DNA from: Candidatus Cloacimonadales bacterium
GTDB lineage: Bacteria > Cloacimonadota > Cloacimonadia > Cloacimonadales > JAFGVF01
Assembly (NCBI GenBank): GCA_963667035.1
Contig: OY762964.1
Location: 96,001-160,000 of the forward strand
Direction of reading: 5' to 3'
DNA length: 64,000 bases
A program made the position numbers and the translations under genes. Shown piece by piece: positions 41,209 through 50,131 of the stretch; position 1 is the first letter of the stretch; every line of letters begins with the position of its first letter. The notes under the pieces are model-generated. The model was not told where the DNA came from. It searched no databases and worked only from the letters and a program-made list of their open reading frames with translations.

Positions 41209-41216
41209 ATCATGTA

Positions 41217-41759
41217 TTACTCAAGAGCTGCCTCAATAGCTTCCACTATTTGTGGATTCTCAGGAGTCGTTCTTGATCCAAACCTATTTATTACTTTTCC
41301 CTCTTTCGAGACAAGAAATTTATTGAAGTTCCAGGTAATTTTACCTCCGAAGTCATGCCCTGCTTCATTTGAAGTGAGGTATTCATACAGCGGATGAATG
41401 TTGTTACCTTTAACATCTATTTTTGAAAACATTGGGAAAGTAACATTATATGTCGTCGTGCAAAACTGTTTTATTTCTTCATTTGTTCCGGGTTCCTGCT
41501 TCATGAAGTTGTTTGCCGGAAATCCAAGTATCACCAGACCTTTATCTTTGTACTCCTGATACAATTTTTCCAATCCTTCATATTGACCTGTAAACCCGCA
41601 TTTTGATGCTGTGTTGACAATCAAAATAACCTTCCCCTTAAACTGCTCAAAGCTGATTGAATCACCATCAATTGATGTAGCTTCAAAATTATATATATCA
41701 GTTGCTAGTACACTCATAGTTCCTCCTAATAGTATCAGTAATAGTATAATGATTTTCAT
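41217..41759 (-). CDS. Glutathione peroxidase (Cys-type)
   Basis: VNTASKCGFT, GFPANNF..QEPG, WNFNKFL; start uncertain (41759 or 41717). Confidence 0.92.
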   Translation of the reverse strand: MKIIILLLILLGGTMSVLATDIYNFEATSIDGDSISFEQFKGKVILIVNTASKCGFTGQYEGLEKLYQEYKDKGLVILGFPANNFMKQEPGTNEEIKQFCTTTYNVTFPMFSKIDVKGNNIHPLYEYLTSNEAGHDFGGKITWNFNKFLVSKEGKVINRFGSRTTPENPQIVEAIEAALE

Positions 41760-41845
41760 TGTTAACCTCATTCCGTTTTTATTATAATATAACTCCCTAG
41801 CATCTTCTGACAATTATCAATTGTCTTCAAGCACTTCCCCCTTAC

Positions 41846-41981
41846 CTCTCAGCAGTAATTCTTGGCAGACACTTGGGAAACACTTAGGCAACCCTTGGGT
41901 AATCCTTGGGTTAATTAGCAAGAAATTGCCAATTTATTACCAAGATAGTAGCAACTTGAAATCACTGATTACTGCTGAGAG
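41846..41981. repeat. Dispersed hairpin/MITE-like element R2, copy 1
   Basis: 14-bp perfect terminal IR CTCTCAGCAGTAAT/ATTACTGCTGAGAG; internal 11-bp units (ACACTTGGGAA, ACACTTAGGCA, ACCCTTGGGTA, ATCCTTGGGTT); homologous to 58051-58219. Confidence 0.8.
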
Positions 41982-42003
41982 AAGAAAGAGAACATAATTT
42001 GTC

Positions 42004-42029
42004 GGGAGTAAAAAGAAAAGTGTGTAAAC
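42004..42029 (+). mobile_element. Isolated IS256-type terminal repeat
   Basis: GGGAGTAAAAAGAAAAGTGTGTAAAC, identical to the IS256 remnant end at 20270-20295. Confidence 0.8.
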
Positions 42030-42473
42030 CTCAATTCAAAAGGACTAAATGAGCAACCGCCTTATGATCCGGATTAGCTACTGAATATTATCATTCTTGG
42101 TACCTATGGTAGTCAGTCCAATGTTATAGATAGTTTTTGTAAGTAAGATTCACAAACTCCAAGCTTAATCATTTCAGCAAAAACTGTAAAATTATACTAA
42201 ATTTACTGAAAAAACACAAAATAAGGTGAAAATATGTTCCGAGAGCAAACATGATAATTAGCACAATTACATATTTTTCATATTTATAATGAACAATCAT
42301 TCAGTGAGGTGGTTAAGCTTATAATGCTTAAAGATAGTTATTTCGCCAGTTATTTGAGAGTGTAAACTGTTTTACATGTAACAACCTATAGCTTGACAAA
42401 TAATTTGCTCAACAGCCTTATATGTACATAATATAAGGAAATATGCAAGCCGACTATATAAACAGGAGGTTAT

Positions 42474-42968
42474 ATGAAAAGATTAAAATCGGGGATTATT
42501 CTCTTTTTAATCCTTTTTCTTTTCTGGATACTTTTGGCCGGTACAGACAGAAACGAGCTAATAGCCGGAGCTTTAATAGCTGTGTTTATATCACTGATTT
42601 TTGCTCCCGGATTAAGCAAGGTTGGGTGTATTAAGATAAACCCCAAATCACTATTGTTTATTTTTCTCTACATTCTTGTCTTTCTAAAAGAATTGGTTAA
42701 AAGCACTCTGGATGTTGCAAAGAGAGTAGTCTCCAGAGATTTACCGATTAATCCGGGTATTGTAAAAGTCAAAACCACTCTTAAATGTCCAATTGGAAGA
42801 ACAATTCTAGCAAACTCAATAACCTTAACACCCGGGACGATGACGGTTGAAACCAGAGGTGAATACTTCTATATCCATTGGATTGATATTAAGGGAAACA
42901 ACATTCAGGAAGCAACCGAATCGATAGTATCAACTTTTGAAAAGTATTTGGAGGTGATTTTTGAATAA
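42474..42968 (+). CDS. Mrp subunit E-like (MbxA)
   Basis: INPGIVKV, LANSITLTPGT, YIHWID. Confidence 0.9.
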   Translation: MKRLKSGIILFLILFLFWILLAGTDRNELIAGALIAVFISLIFAPGLSKVGCIKINPKSLLFIFLYILVFLKELVKSTLDVAKRVVSRDLPINPGIVKVKTTLKCPIGRTILANSITLTPGTMTVETRGEYFYIHWIDIKGNNIQEATESIVSTFEKYLEVIFE

Positions 42969-43230
42969 CATAGCCATGATTATATTTCAGATTGCTTTTC
43001 TAATCATAACGGGGGCAATGTTGCTTTCGTTCATCAGGTTCATTAAAGGACCTACTTCTGCCGATAAGGTTGTTGCCTTAGATGCGATGACAATCTCGGG
43101 AATCTCCCTGATTGTGTTTGTTGCCCTTAATGCCGGCAGAATTATTTACCTCGATGTAGCTCTCGTTTATGCTTTGATAAGTTTTCTGGGAGTTGTTGCG
43201 GTTGCAAGATATCTGGAGGGTGGATTATGA
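42961..43230 (+). CDS. Mrp subunit F-like (MbxB)
   Basis: GPTSADKVVALD, YLDVALVYALISFLG. Confidence 0.88.
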   Translation: MNNIAMIIFQIAFLIITGAMLLSFIRFIKGPTSADKVVALDAMTISGISLIVFVALNAGRIIYLDVALVYALISFLGVVAVARYLEGGL

Positions 43231-43562
43231 TGCAGATTATAGGATCAGTCATTTCACTCATCGGTGCAATTTTCATATTTTTAGGTGCTCTTGGTGTTTT
43301 AAGAATGCCGGATGTATACAATCGTATGCAAGCGGGGACAAAAGCAACTACTTTAGGCTCTATGCTAACACTACTGGGAGTTGGTATCGCTATCCCCGGT
43401 TGGCTGGGAAGAGTTATTATACTGATTGTTTTTATACTTCTTACAAATCCGATAAGTTCACATGTTCTTGCACGTGCAGCACATTTTAAAGGTATAAAGC
43501 TAACAGATAAATCCATTAAAGATGATCTTAAAGACGATGCGGAAGGAGAGATAGATGCTTAG
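43227..43562 (+). CDS. Mrp subunit G-like (MbxC)
   Basis: RMPDVYNRMQAGTKATTLG, TNPISSH. Confidence 0.9.
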   Translation: MMQIIGSVISLIGAIFIFLGALGVLRMPDVYNRMQAGTKATTLGSMLTLLGVGIAIPGWLGRVIILIVFILLTNPISSHVLARAAHFKGIKLTDKSIKDDLKDDAEGEIDA

Positions 43563-43809
43563 TACAATTATTATTATAGTCCTCTCTTTAGTCAGTATAT
43601 ATGCCGCAATATACGCAGTTTTAGCAAAAAAGCTTGTTAATGCAGTCATCTCAACCGGCGTCATAAGTCTTAATGCCTCAATAATATTTCTATTTCTTGC
43701 TTCACCGGATGTTGCCATGACGGAAGCTTCAATAGGTTCAGCTCTCACTACTGTTGTCTTTCTGTATGCTCTTAAGCAGATTAAGAAGTTTGATAAGGGG
43801 GAAAAATGA
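43555..43809 (+). CDS. MnhB-related small subunit (MbxD/DUF4040-like)
   Basis: ASPDVAMTEASIG. Confidence 0.85.
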   Translation: MLSTIIIIVLSLVSIYAAIYAVLAKKLVNAVISTGVISLNASIIFLFLASPDVAMTEASIGSALTTVVFLYALKQIKKFDKGEK

Positions 43810-44501
43810 TTAAGTATCTACTCATTATAATCGTCCTTATAGGTATGGGAGTTATATTCTATCCCCTGGTTAACGCAAACTCAATGAACCGGGATATGAG
43901 TATGCTATCGCAAGAGTATATTGTTCGAAGTGCCTCAGAGTTAAACATTCCTAATGTTGTAACAGGCATAGTAGTTACTTTTAGAGGACTCGATACTTTA
44001 GGGGAAGTAACCGTTCTTTTCTTAGCAACAGCAGGAGTGGGATTTTTACTCAAGAAAAAAGAGATAAGAGATTGTTGTAAAAGAGACGGTTCGGAGATTA
44101 TAAAAACTGCTTCAAGTATGCTGACACCAATAATTATACTATTTGGAATATACATTTTCATTCATGGACATCTAACTCCGGGAGGAGGATTCCAAGGAGG
44201 TGTGGTAATAGCTTCTGCATTCCTTCTACTGATTATGGCTTTTGCCGGATTCAAAATGTCCCATTTACTTATACATTTAACAGAATCACTATCCGGTTTT
44301 ACTTATGTGCTAATTGGTACCGTGGGATTGGTTCTGTTTGGTATTAACCACTTTTTGAATCCTCTTTGGTTACAACCCGGGACTTGGGGAAACCTGATTT
44401 CCGGAAGTGCAATACCAATTATTTATAGTCTGATAGGAATCAAAGTAGGGGCAGAGATGTCCAGTTTACTTGATTCTCTTAAAATGGAGGAGGATGAATG
44501 A
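43806..44501 (+). CDS. Mrp subunit B-like (MbxE/F)
   Basis: NVVTGIVVTFRGLDTLGEVTV, HGHLTPGGGFQGG. Confidence 0.9.
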   Translation: MIKYLLIIIVLIGMGVIFYPLVNANSMNRDMSMLSQEYIVRSASELNIPNVVTGIVVTFRGLDTLGEVTVLFLATAGVGFLLKKKEIRDCCKRDGSEIIKTASSMLTPIIILFGIYIFIHGHLTPGGGFQGGVVIASAFLLLIMAFAGFKMSHLLIHLTESLSGFTYVLIGTVGLVLFGINHFLNPLWLQPGTWGNLISGSAIPIIYSLIGIKVGAEMSSLLDSLKMEEDE

Positions 44502-44869
44502 TAGTAACAATTACAGGATTTATCCTAATTCTAATCGGAATCTGGGCTATGTTAACAAGAAAGAATATTATCAAGATTATCCTTGGTTTTGCTATTGCCG
44601 ATACCGGAGTGAACATTGTTATAGTAACTCTCGGGTATCTTAAGGGTAAAACAGCACCGATTCTCGATAATGCAGTTACCGGAAATATAGCATTACAAGC
44701 CGGAGCTGATGCGGTAAACAAAGTAGTAGACCCAATACCTAGTGCTCTTGTGCTTACTGCTATCGTAATAGGATTAGCTGTTACAGCCCTTATGCTGGCT
44801 TATTCCATAAGATTGTACAAGGTTAGTGGAACCCTGAATATTGATGAGTTTAAGGAGCAAAAATGGTAA
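44498..44869 (+). CDS. Mrp subunit C-like (MbxG)
   Basis: DPIPSALVLTAIVIG. Confidence 0.9.
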   Translation: MIVTITGFILILIGIWAMLTRKNIIKIILGFAIADTGVNIVIVTLGYLKGKTAPILDNAVTGNIALQAGADAVNKVVDPIPSALVLTAIVIGLAVTALMLAYSIRLYKVSGTLNIDEFKEQKW

Positions 44870-47800
44870 ACCCTATATACATGATAGCAATGTTTTTAGT
44901 TGTAGCATTTCTGCTTGCCCTAACCGAGAAAGTAAACCGAAAATTGAGTTTTGGTTTATTCTACCTATCTCTTACCTCCGGTTTAGTTTTATCACTGCTC
45001 AGACTTGCTGAGTTAGTCTCTACCAACAACGGATTAGATGTAATATATACAGCCGGATTTGAAGCTCCTTTATCCATTGTCTTGAGTTTTGGCATGAAAG
45101 AAACCGTAATGATTATTCTGGTTAATCTGGTTGGGATACTGTCCGGAATATACTTGTTTAAAGATTTCAAACGTAATGTGTACCAACCCTTAGCGTTATT
45201 CATGCTTATCCTTTTAGGAGCTAACGGATTGATTATGACCCGAGACATATTTAACACCTTTGTGTTCTTAGAAATCATATCTATTTCGACTTATGCTTTC
45301 ATCGGAATAAAAGGGACCAAAGATTCTTTGGCAGCAGGCTTTAAATATATGATGGCAGGAGGAGTAGCCAGTTTGTTACTCTTACTGGGAATTGTTTTTG
45401 TTTATAAATATACAGGGACTCTTAATCTCGACTATTTGATAGCTAATGGAGCAAGCGGAGCTCTTGGTTACAAAGTCGCCGTATTCATGCTTGTTATGGC
45501 TGTTATAATTGAATTGAAGCCATTCCCGGCAAACGGGTGGGCATTAGACCTTTATCAATCTGTTCATCCGGGTATTGGTGCAATTGTCTCATCGGTAAAT
45601 ACGGGTGCTTTACTATTCTTACTGTACAAGTTGATACCTGCGATGCCTGATAATCTCGTTCTATTAGTATCAGGGACAGGACTTTTAAGCTTTGTAATGT
45701 CTAATCTTGTTGCTCTAAGACAGAAGGACTCGGGAAGACTATTGGGTTATTCATCAACAGCTCAAACAGGATTGATTATTTTTGTTATGAGCAGATTAAA
45801 GCTAATGAATGTTGACTCCTCGTTGATTATGATGATGTCATTAGGCTTGTTCATAACCAACCTGTTCTCAAAAACAGGATTATTCTGGTTGAAAGGTGTG
45901 ATAGCTGACAAGAATATCAAAGAATGGAGTTCTATAAGAACTAATCCTTTTTTACTATTGATGTTTATAATATTCACAGTTGCTCTTGCCGGATTACCAC
46001 CATTCCCCGCTTTTACAACTAAATGGGAAATAGTTAAGGTTTTAGCAAACGGTAATAGATGGTGGGTACTAAGTGCAATCCTTTTAGGCTCACTATTCGA
46101 AGCTACATACATTTTCAGATGGATTGGTTATGCTTTAAAAAGAAAGATTGTCAATACCTCTTTTAATGACTCAATCTCTACAATAGTCCCTATTGCAATA
46201 TCCGGTTTATCCATATTCATGCTTTCAATTATGTCAGGAGTAATCAATTATCAATGGCATTTGACTGTTTTAATGCCTATTGTGGCATTACTGGTATTTG
46301 CAATACTAGATCCGCTTCCGTTGAAACTCAAAGGATTTCTAGCAATAATACTATTGAGTCTGTGGTCCTGGAAATTTGTGTATCCTTCGTTGTCCGGAAT
46401 AGGCTATTTCTTTGGCTTAATCCTAATAGCAGGAAGTATAGTACAGATTTTCGGTTTCATACATCATAAGCATGACAGAAAGGGTTTGTTTCCTCTTCTA
46501 ACTATGCTAATTGTTTCAATGGGAAATCTACTGCTTGCAACCTCTAAACTGAGTTTCTTTGTCAGTTGGGAGTTTATGACTTTAGCAGGATACTTCCTTA
46601 TAATGAGAGGAAAACAAGCTGAGAAACCGGCGCTACGATTTATGGTATTTTCTCTTGCAGGTGCCTACACGATTCTATCAGGACTCAATCTTTTACCGAC
46701 TATCAGTACATCAGCACCATTTTATCAACAAGTCTCTTATCTAAACATAGGTCTATTACCTATTGCTTTACTAAGTGTAGGTTTTCTTCTTAAGATGGGA
46801 GCCTTTGGTTTACATGTTTGGTTACCGGATGCTTATGCCGAATCGGAAGATGAATTCACTTCCGTACTCTCCTCTGTTTTCTCAAAAACAGGAGTATTAG
46901 GTTTGCTCCTTGTTCTTGTAATGGGAAGAAGATACTTATTTAATCATGCTTATTTACCTGATATTCTGAGTTGGATAGGAGTGTTAACTGCTTTCTTTGG
47001 TGCTTTAATGGCAGTTTTCCAGGAAGATGTTAAAAAGCTTCTGGCGTACTCAAGTATGGGGCAATTAGGTTACATTATACTAAGCTTTGCTACAATGTCA
47101 CACTTAGGATGGATAGCGGCTTTCTATATGACTATGAATCATTTCCTGTTCAAGGTTCTCATCCTTATGGCAATAACAGGAGTTCTATATAGAACCAAAA
47201 CCAGGTGGATATATGAAATGGGTGGTTTGATTAAGAAGATGCCTATATCGTTCATCAGTGTACTGATTGGCATAATAGCTGTATCGGGAGTACCACCGCT
47301 AAGTGGGTTCGGAAGTAAATGGCTTATATACACCTCCCTGATATCAAGAGGTTTCTACCTTCAGGCTGGCTTAGCTTTCTTCTCGGGAGCAATATCGTTC
47401 CTATATCTATACAAGTTGATTCACACAGTTTTCCTTGGTCAGGCTAAAACTGCACATAAATCGGTTAAGGAAGCTCCTATCTGGATATTGATACCTCAGA
47501 TTATCTTCATGATGCTGATTATGGCAATATCCGTTTTCCCGAATTTGATTACTTATCCCGTTTCCGCAATGGTTAATCAATATATACCTAAACCGGAATG
47601 GTTAACCTGGAGTGGATATACATTTACTCTACAATCGGAAATACTCTCGGGTAAATGGAATGGAAATACTGTAATGATGGTTACAATAGGTGTATTCATG
47701 CTTCCATTACTTTGGTTACTTTGGGTTAAAACAAAGGTAGAGAAAGTAAAGCAGTTAAACATAGTATTTGCTGCCGAAAGACCATTGAAGCCTGAAACAA

Positions 47801-48012
47801 CTCATTTCGCCCATAATATGTTTGCTCCTTATAATAAAGCTTTAGGATTTTTAGTTAATCCAAGAGCAACTGCTTTCTGGAATGGAGTCCGAGAATGGAC
47901 TAATTCGTTAAGTGCAATGTTCTCGCATATCTATACAGGTAACGGACAAACATATCTTTTACACATCTTCCTCTACGTAGTCGGATTGTACTTTTTGGGA
48001 GGTATAAAATAA
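44863..48012 (+). CDS. Fused double antiporter-like subunit (MrpD x2; MbxH-H' fusion)
   Basis: Two NuoLMN-type modules: FVFLEI..LLGYSS..GLPPF and FVSWEFM..HVWLPDAY..LLAYSSMGQ..GVPPLSGF. Confidence 0.85.
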   Translation: MVNPIYMIAMFLVVAFLLALTEKVNRKLSFGLFYLSLTSGLVLSLLRLAELVSTNNGLDVIYTAGFEAPLSIVLSFGMKETVMIILVNLVGILSGIYLFKDFKRNVYQPLALFMLILLGANGLIMTRDIFNTFVFLEIISISTYAFIGIKGTKDSLAAGFKYMMAGGVASLLLLLGIVFVYKYTGTLNLDYLIANGASGALGYKVAVFMLVMAVIIELKPFPANGWALDLYQSVHPGIGAIVSSVNTGALLFLLYKLIPAMPDNLVLLVSGTGLLSFVMSNLVALRQKDSGRLLGYSSTAQTGLIIFVMSRLKLMNVDSSLIMMMSLGLFITNLFSKTGLFWLKGVIADKNIKEWSSIRTNPFLLLMFIIFTVALAGLPPFPAFTTKWEIVKVLANGNRWWVLSAILLGSLFEATYIFRWIGYALKRKIVNTSFNDSISTIVPIAISGLSIFMLSIMSGVINYQWHLTVLMPIVALLVFAILDPLPLKLKGFLAIILLSLWSWKFVYPSLSGIGYFFGLILIAGSIVQIFGFIHHKHDRKGLFPLLTMLIVSMGNLLLATSKLSFFVSWEFMTLAGYFLIMRGKQAEKPALRFMVFSLAGAYTILSGLNLLPTISTSAPFYQQVSYLNIGLLPIALLSVGFLLKMGAFGLHVWLPDAYAESEDEFTSVLSSVFSKTGVLGLLLVLVMGRRYLFNHAYLPDILSWIGVLTAFFGALMAVFQEDVKKLLAYSSMGQLGYIILSFATMSHLGWIAAFYMTMNHFLFKVLILMAITGVLYRTKTRWIYEMGGLIKKMPISFISVLIGIIAVSGVPPLSGFGSKWLIYTSLISRGFYLQAGLAFFSGAISFLYLYKLIHTVFLGQAKTAHKSVKEAPIWILIPQIIFMMLIMAISVFPNLITYPVSAMVNQYIPKPEWLTWSGYTFTLQSEILSGKWNGNTVMMVTIGVFMLPLLWLLWVKTKVEKVKQLNIVFAAERPLKPETTHFAHNMFAPYNKALGFLVNPRATAFWNGVREWTNSLSAMFSHIYTGNGQTYLLHIFLYVVGLYFLGGIK

Positions 48013-48923
48013 TGCAGGAAATTATCATAAAGATACTATTTGCCTTCATATCATTAGCTGTAGTTACAGTTTGGGGGCTAACTTTAAATGGAATGGTAAG
48101 AAAGATATATGCCAGAGTTCAAGGTAGAATAGGTCCACCTGTCTGGCAACCATTCATTGATATTATCAAAAACTATAGCGTAAGAACCGGAGTTACGCAC
48201 GGTATAATGTTCTATTTAGGACCTGTTTTCCGCATAGCTGGTGGCATCGGAACCTATATGTTTATACCTGTAATCTTTGGTTCGGTTATATTCTCAAACT
48301 TTTCTATGGGTGGAGACCTGCTTCTGGTGATGTATTTCATCTTCTTTGGTCAATTGGGAATGGCTTTGGGAGCAGGCGAGGGAGGTCACCCCTATTCAGC
48401 GGTTGGTGTAAGTAGAGGACTTGCCCAAATGACTGCATTTGAAGTCCCTTTTGCCATCTCCGTGATAAGTCTGGCTTTGCAATATCATACTCTCAATATT
48501 ACCGATATAGTTGCCGCTCAACAAGGTGGGATTTCTCATTGGACTATGGTAACTAATCCTCTAGCTGTTATTGCCGCTATGATATCGATGTTGGGTATGA
48601 ATATGTATAATCCATTCTCAATTGTAGTTGCACCGCAAGAAATACCGATGGGACCTCCGACCGAGTATCAGGGAGGATTTCTTAGTTTCTTGGCAACGAA
48701 CAGAGGAATTTTCGCAGGGGCAAAACTAGTTTTGTTTATGAATCTGTTCTATGGCGGAGCAACAAATCTACCGGTGCTTATGTTTAAGACTTTTGCAATA
48801 TATATGTTTAGTGTTTTTGTGGGAGCGGCTTTCCCACGTTACAGAACCGAAGACTCAATCAAATTCTTCCTTAGAATTCCAACTGCAATTGCCTTGTTGG
48901 GATTGCTTTACACCTATTTATAG
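48012..48923 (+). CDS. NuoH-like membrane subunit (MbxM)
   Basis: ARVQGRIGPPVWQPFIDIIK, PFS..APQEI..GP.TEY, PRYRTE. Confidence 0.9.
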   Translation: MQEIIIKILFAFISLAVVTVWGLTLNGMVRKIYARVQGRIGPPVWQPFIDIIKNYSVRTGVTHGIMFYLGPVFRIAGGIGTYMFIPVIFGSVIFSNFSMGGDLLLVMYFIFFGQLGMALGAGEGGHPYSAVGVSRGLAQMTAFEVPFAISVISLALQYHTLNITDIVAAQQGGISHWTMVTNPLAVIAAMISMLGMNMYNPFSIVVAPQEIPMGPPTEYQGGFLSFLATNRGIFAGAKLVLFMNLFYGGATNLPVLMFKTFAIYMFSVFVGAAFPRYRTEDSIKFFLRIPTAIALLGLLYTYL

Positions 48924-48931
48924 GAGAAATC

Positions 48932-49600
48932 ATGAACGAAAAAGATAAAGATAAAGATAAAACCGTTGTTGATAACTGGACAGTAGATAGCAAAACCCTT
49001 GCTAATGCTGACTTACCCCCGGAGGAGAGAGAATGGTTTAGTGATTCGAGACCTCAACCTGCTAAACCCGCATCTTGGGCTCCTATGGAGAAGTTCTTGA
49101 ACTGGGCAAGAGCCAATAGTCTGTGGATTCTTGCTTTTGGAACGGGTTGTGGAGCAGTTGAGTTACGTCCGTTACTCACTTCAAGGTATGACATATCAAG
49201 ACTTGGGATGGCACCACGACCTACTCCGAGACAAGCCTCTGTCTTTATGATTGGAGGTTATGTTTCCATTAAGACTCTGAAAAGAGTTGTAAGGAGTTAT
49301 GAACAGATGCAGGGACCTAAGTTTGTTGTTGCCGTATGTTCATGTGCTATAAACGGAGGTATGTATTGGGATTCGTATAATACTGTAAAAAGAATTGATC
49401 AATACATCCCTGTCGATGTATATGTTACAGGTTGTATGCCACGCCCTGAAGCTGTCTTAGCCGGATTTGAGAAACTTAAAGAGTTGATTAAAGCGGGTAA
49501 AGCAGAAGGACAGAATCTATATGCAGAGAAGTTTGATTGGTACAAAGCTAATCAAAAAAGAGTTATCAAAGACTGGAATATGCCTGATTATAACTGGTAG
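48932..49600 (+). CDS. NuoB-like Fe-S subunit (MbxJ)
   Basis: GTGCGAVE, TPRQA, YEQMQGPKFV, SCAINGGMYWDSY, PVDVYVTGCMPRPEA. Confidence 0.9.
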   Translation: MNEKDKDKDKTVVDNWTVDSKTLANADLPPEEREWFSDSRPQPAKPASWAPMEKFLNWARANSLWILAFGTGCGAVELRPLLTSRYDISRLGMAPRPTPRQASVFMIGGYVSIKTLKRVVRSYEQMQGPKFVVAVCSCAINGGMYWDSYNTVKRIDQYIPVDVYVTGCMPRPEAVLAGFEKLKELIKAGKAEGQNLYAEKFDWYKANQKRVIKDWNMPDYNW

Positions 49601-49606
49601 GTAAAA

Positions 49607-50131
49607 ATGAAGACATTAATTGAAAAACTAAATCTGCATTTCGACTTGGAGAATGTTAAGTTCCAAAGAGATAACTTATGTTTTGCTACTATATCCAAAG
49701 AAGATGCCGTTGCTTTAATCACCCATTTGAGGGATTTGGAAAACTTTACTCATTTAGTGCTCTTAACGGCTGTTGATAGAATAGAGCAAAACCAATTTCA
49801 ACTTACATATATCTTACATAACTATGAACTGAAGGCTGACTTGGGAGTAAGGGTAATGTTACCTCGAGAGACTCCTGTGATGGTATCTATTCATCACTTA
49901 TGGAAGCAAGCCAGAGTATATCAAAGAGAACTGCATGAGATGTTTGGCATAGATTTCCCGGGAAGTCCCGATGTAAATGTTCCGATGATTCTTGAGGGAT
50001 GGGAAGGAGTGCCCCCTATGAGAAGAGATTTCGATACAAAGAAATATTCGGAAGAGACATTTGACCATCGTCCTAGAAATCACGTAGAACCAGAACGACA
50101 ATTCAAGCAGGAAATGTATCCGGAGGATTAA
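49607..50131 (+). CDS. NuoC-like subunit (MbxK)
   Basis: YQRELHEMFGIDFPG, PPMRRDF. Confidence 0.88.
   Translation: MKTLIEKLNLHFDLENVKFQRDNLCFATISKEDAVALITHLRDLENFTHLVLLTAVDRIEQNQFQLTYILHNYELKADLGVRVMLPRETPVMVSIHHLWKQARVYQRELHEMFGIDFPGSPDVNVPMILEGWEGVPPMRRDFDTKKYSEETFDHRPRNHVEPERQFKQEMYPED

Noticed and set aside
41217..41759. Selenocysteine glutathione peroxidase
   Set aside because: The active-site codon is TGC (Cys); no in-frame TGA
42137..42156. Rex operator upstream of the mbx operon
   Set aside because: TTGTAAG-TAAGA-TTCACAA has the wrong spacing and mismatches, and lies far from the promoter
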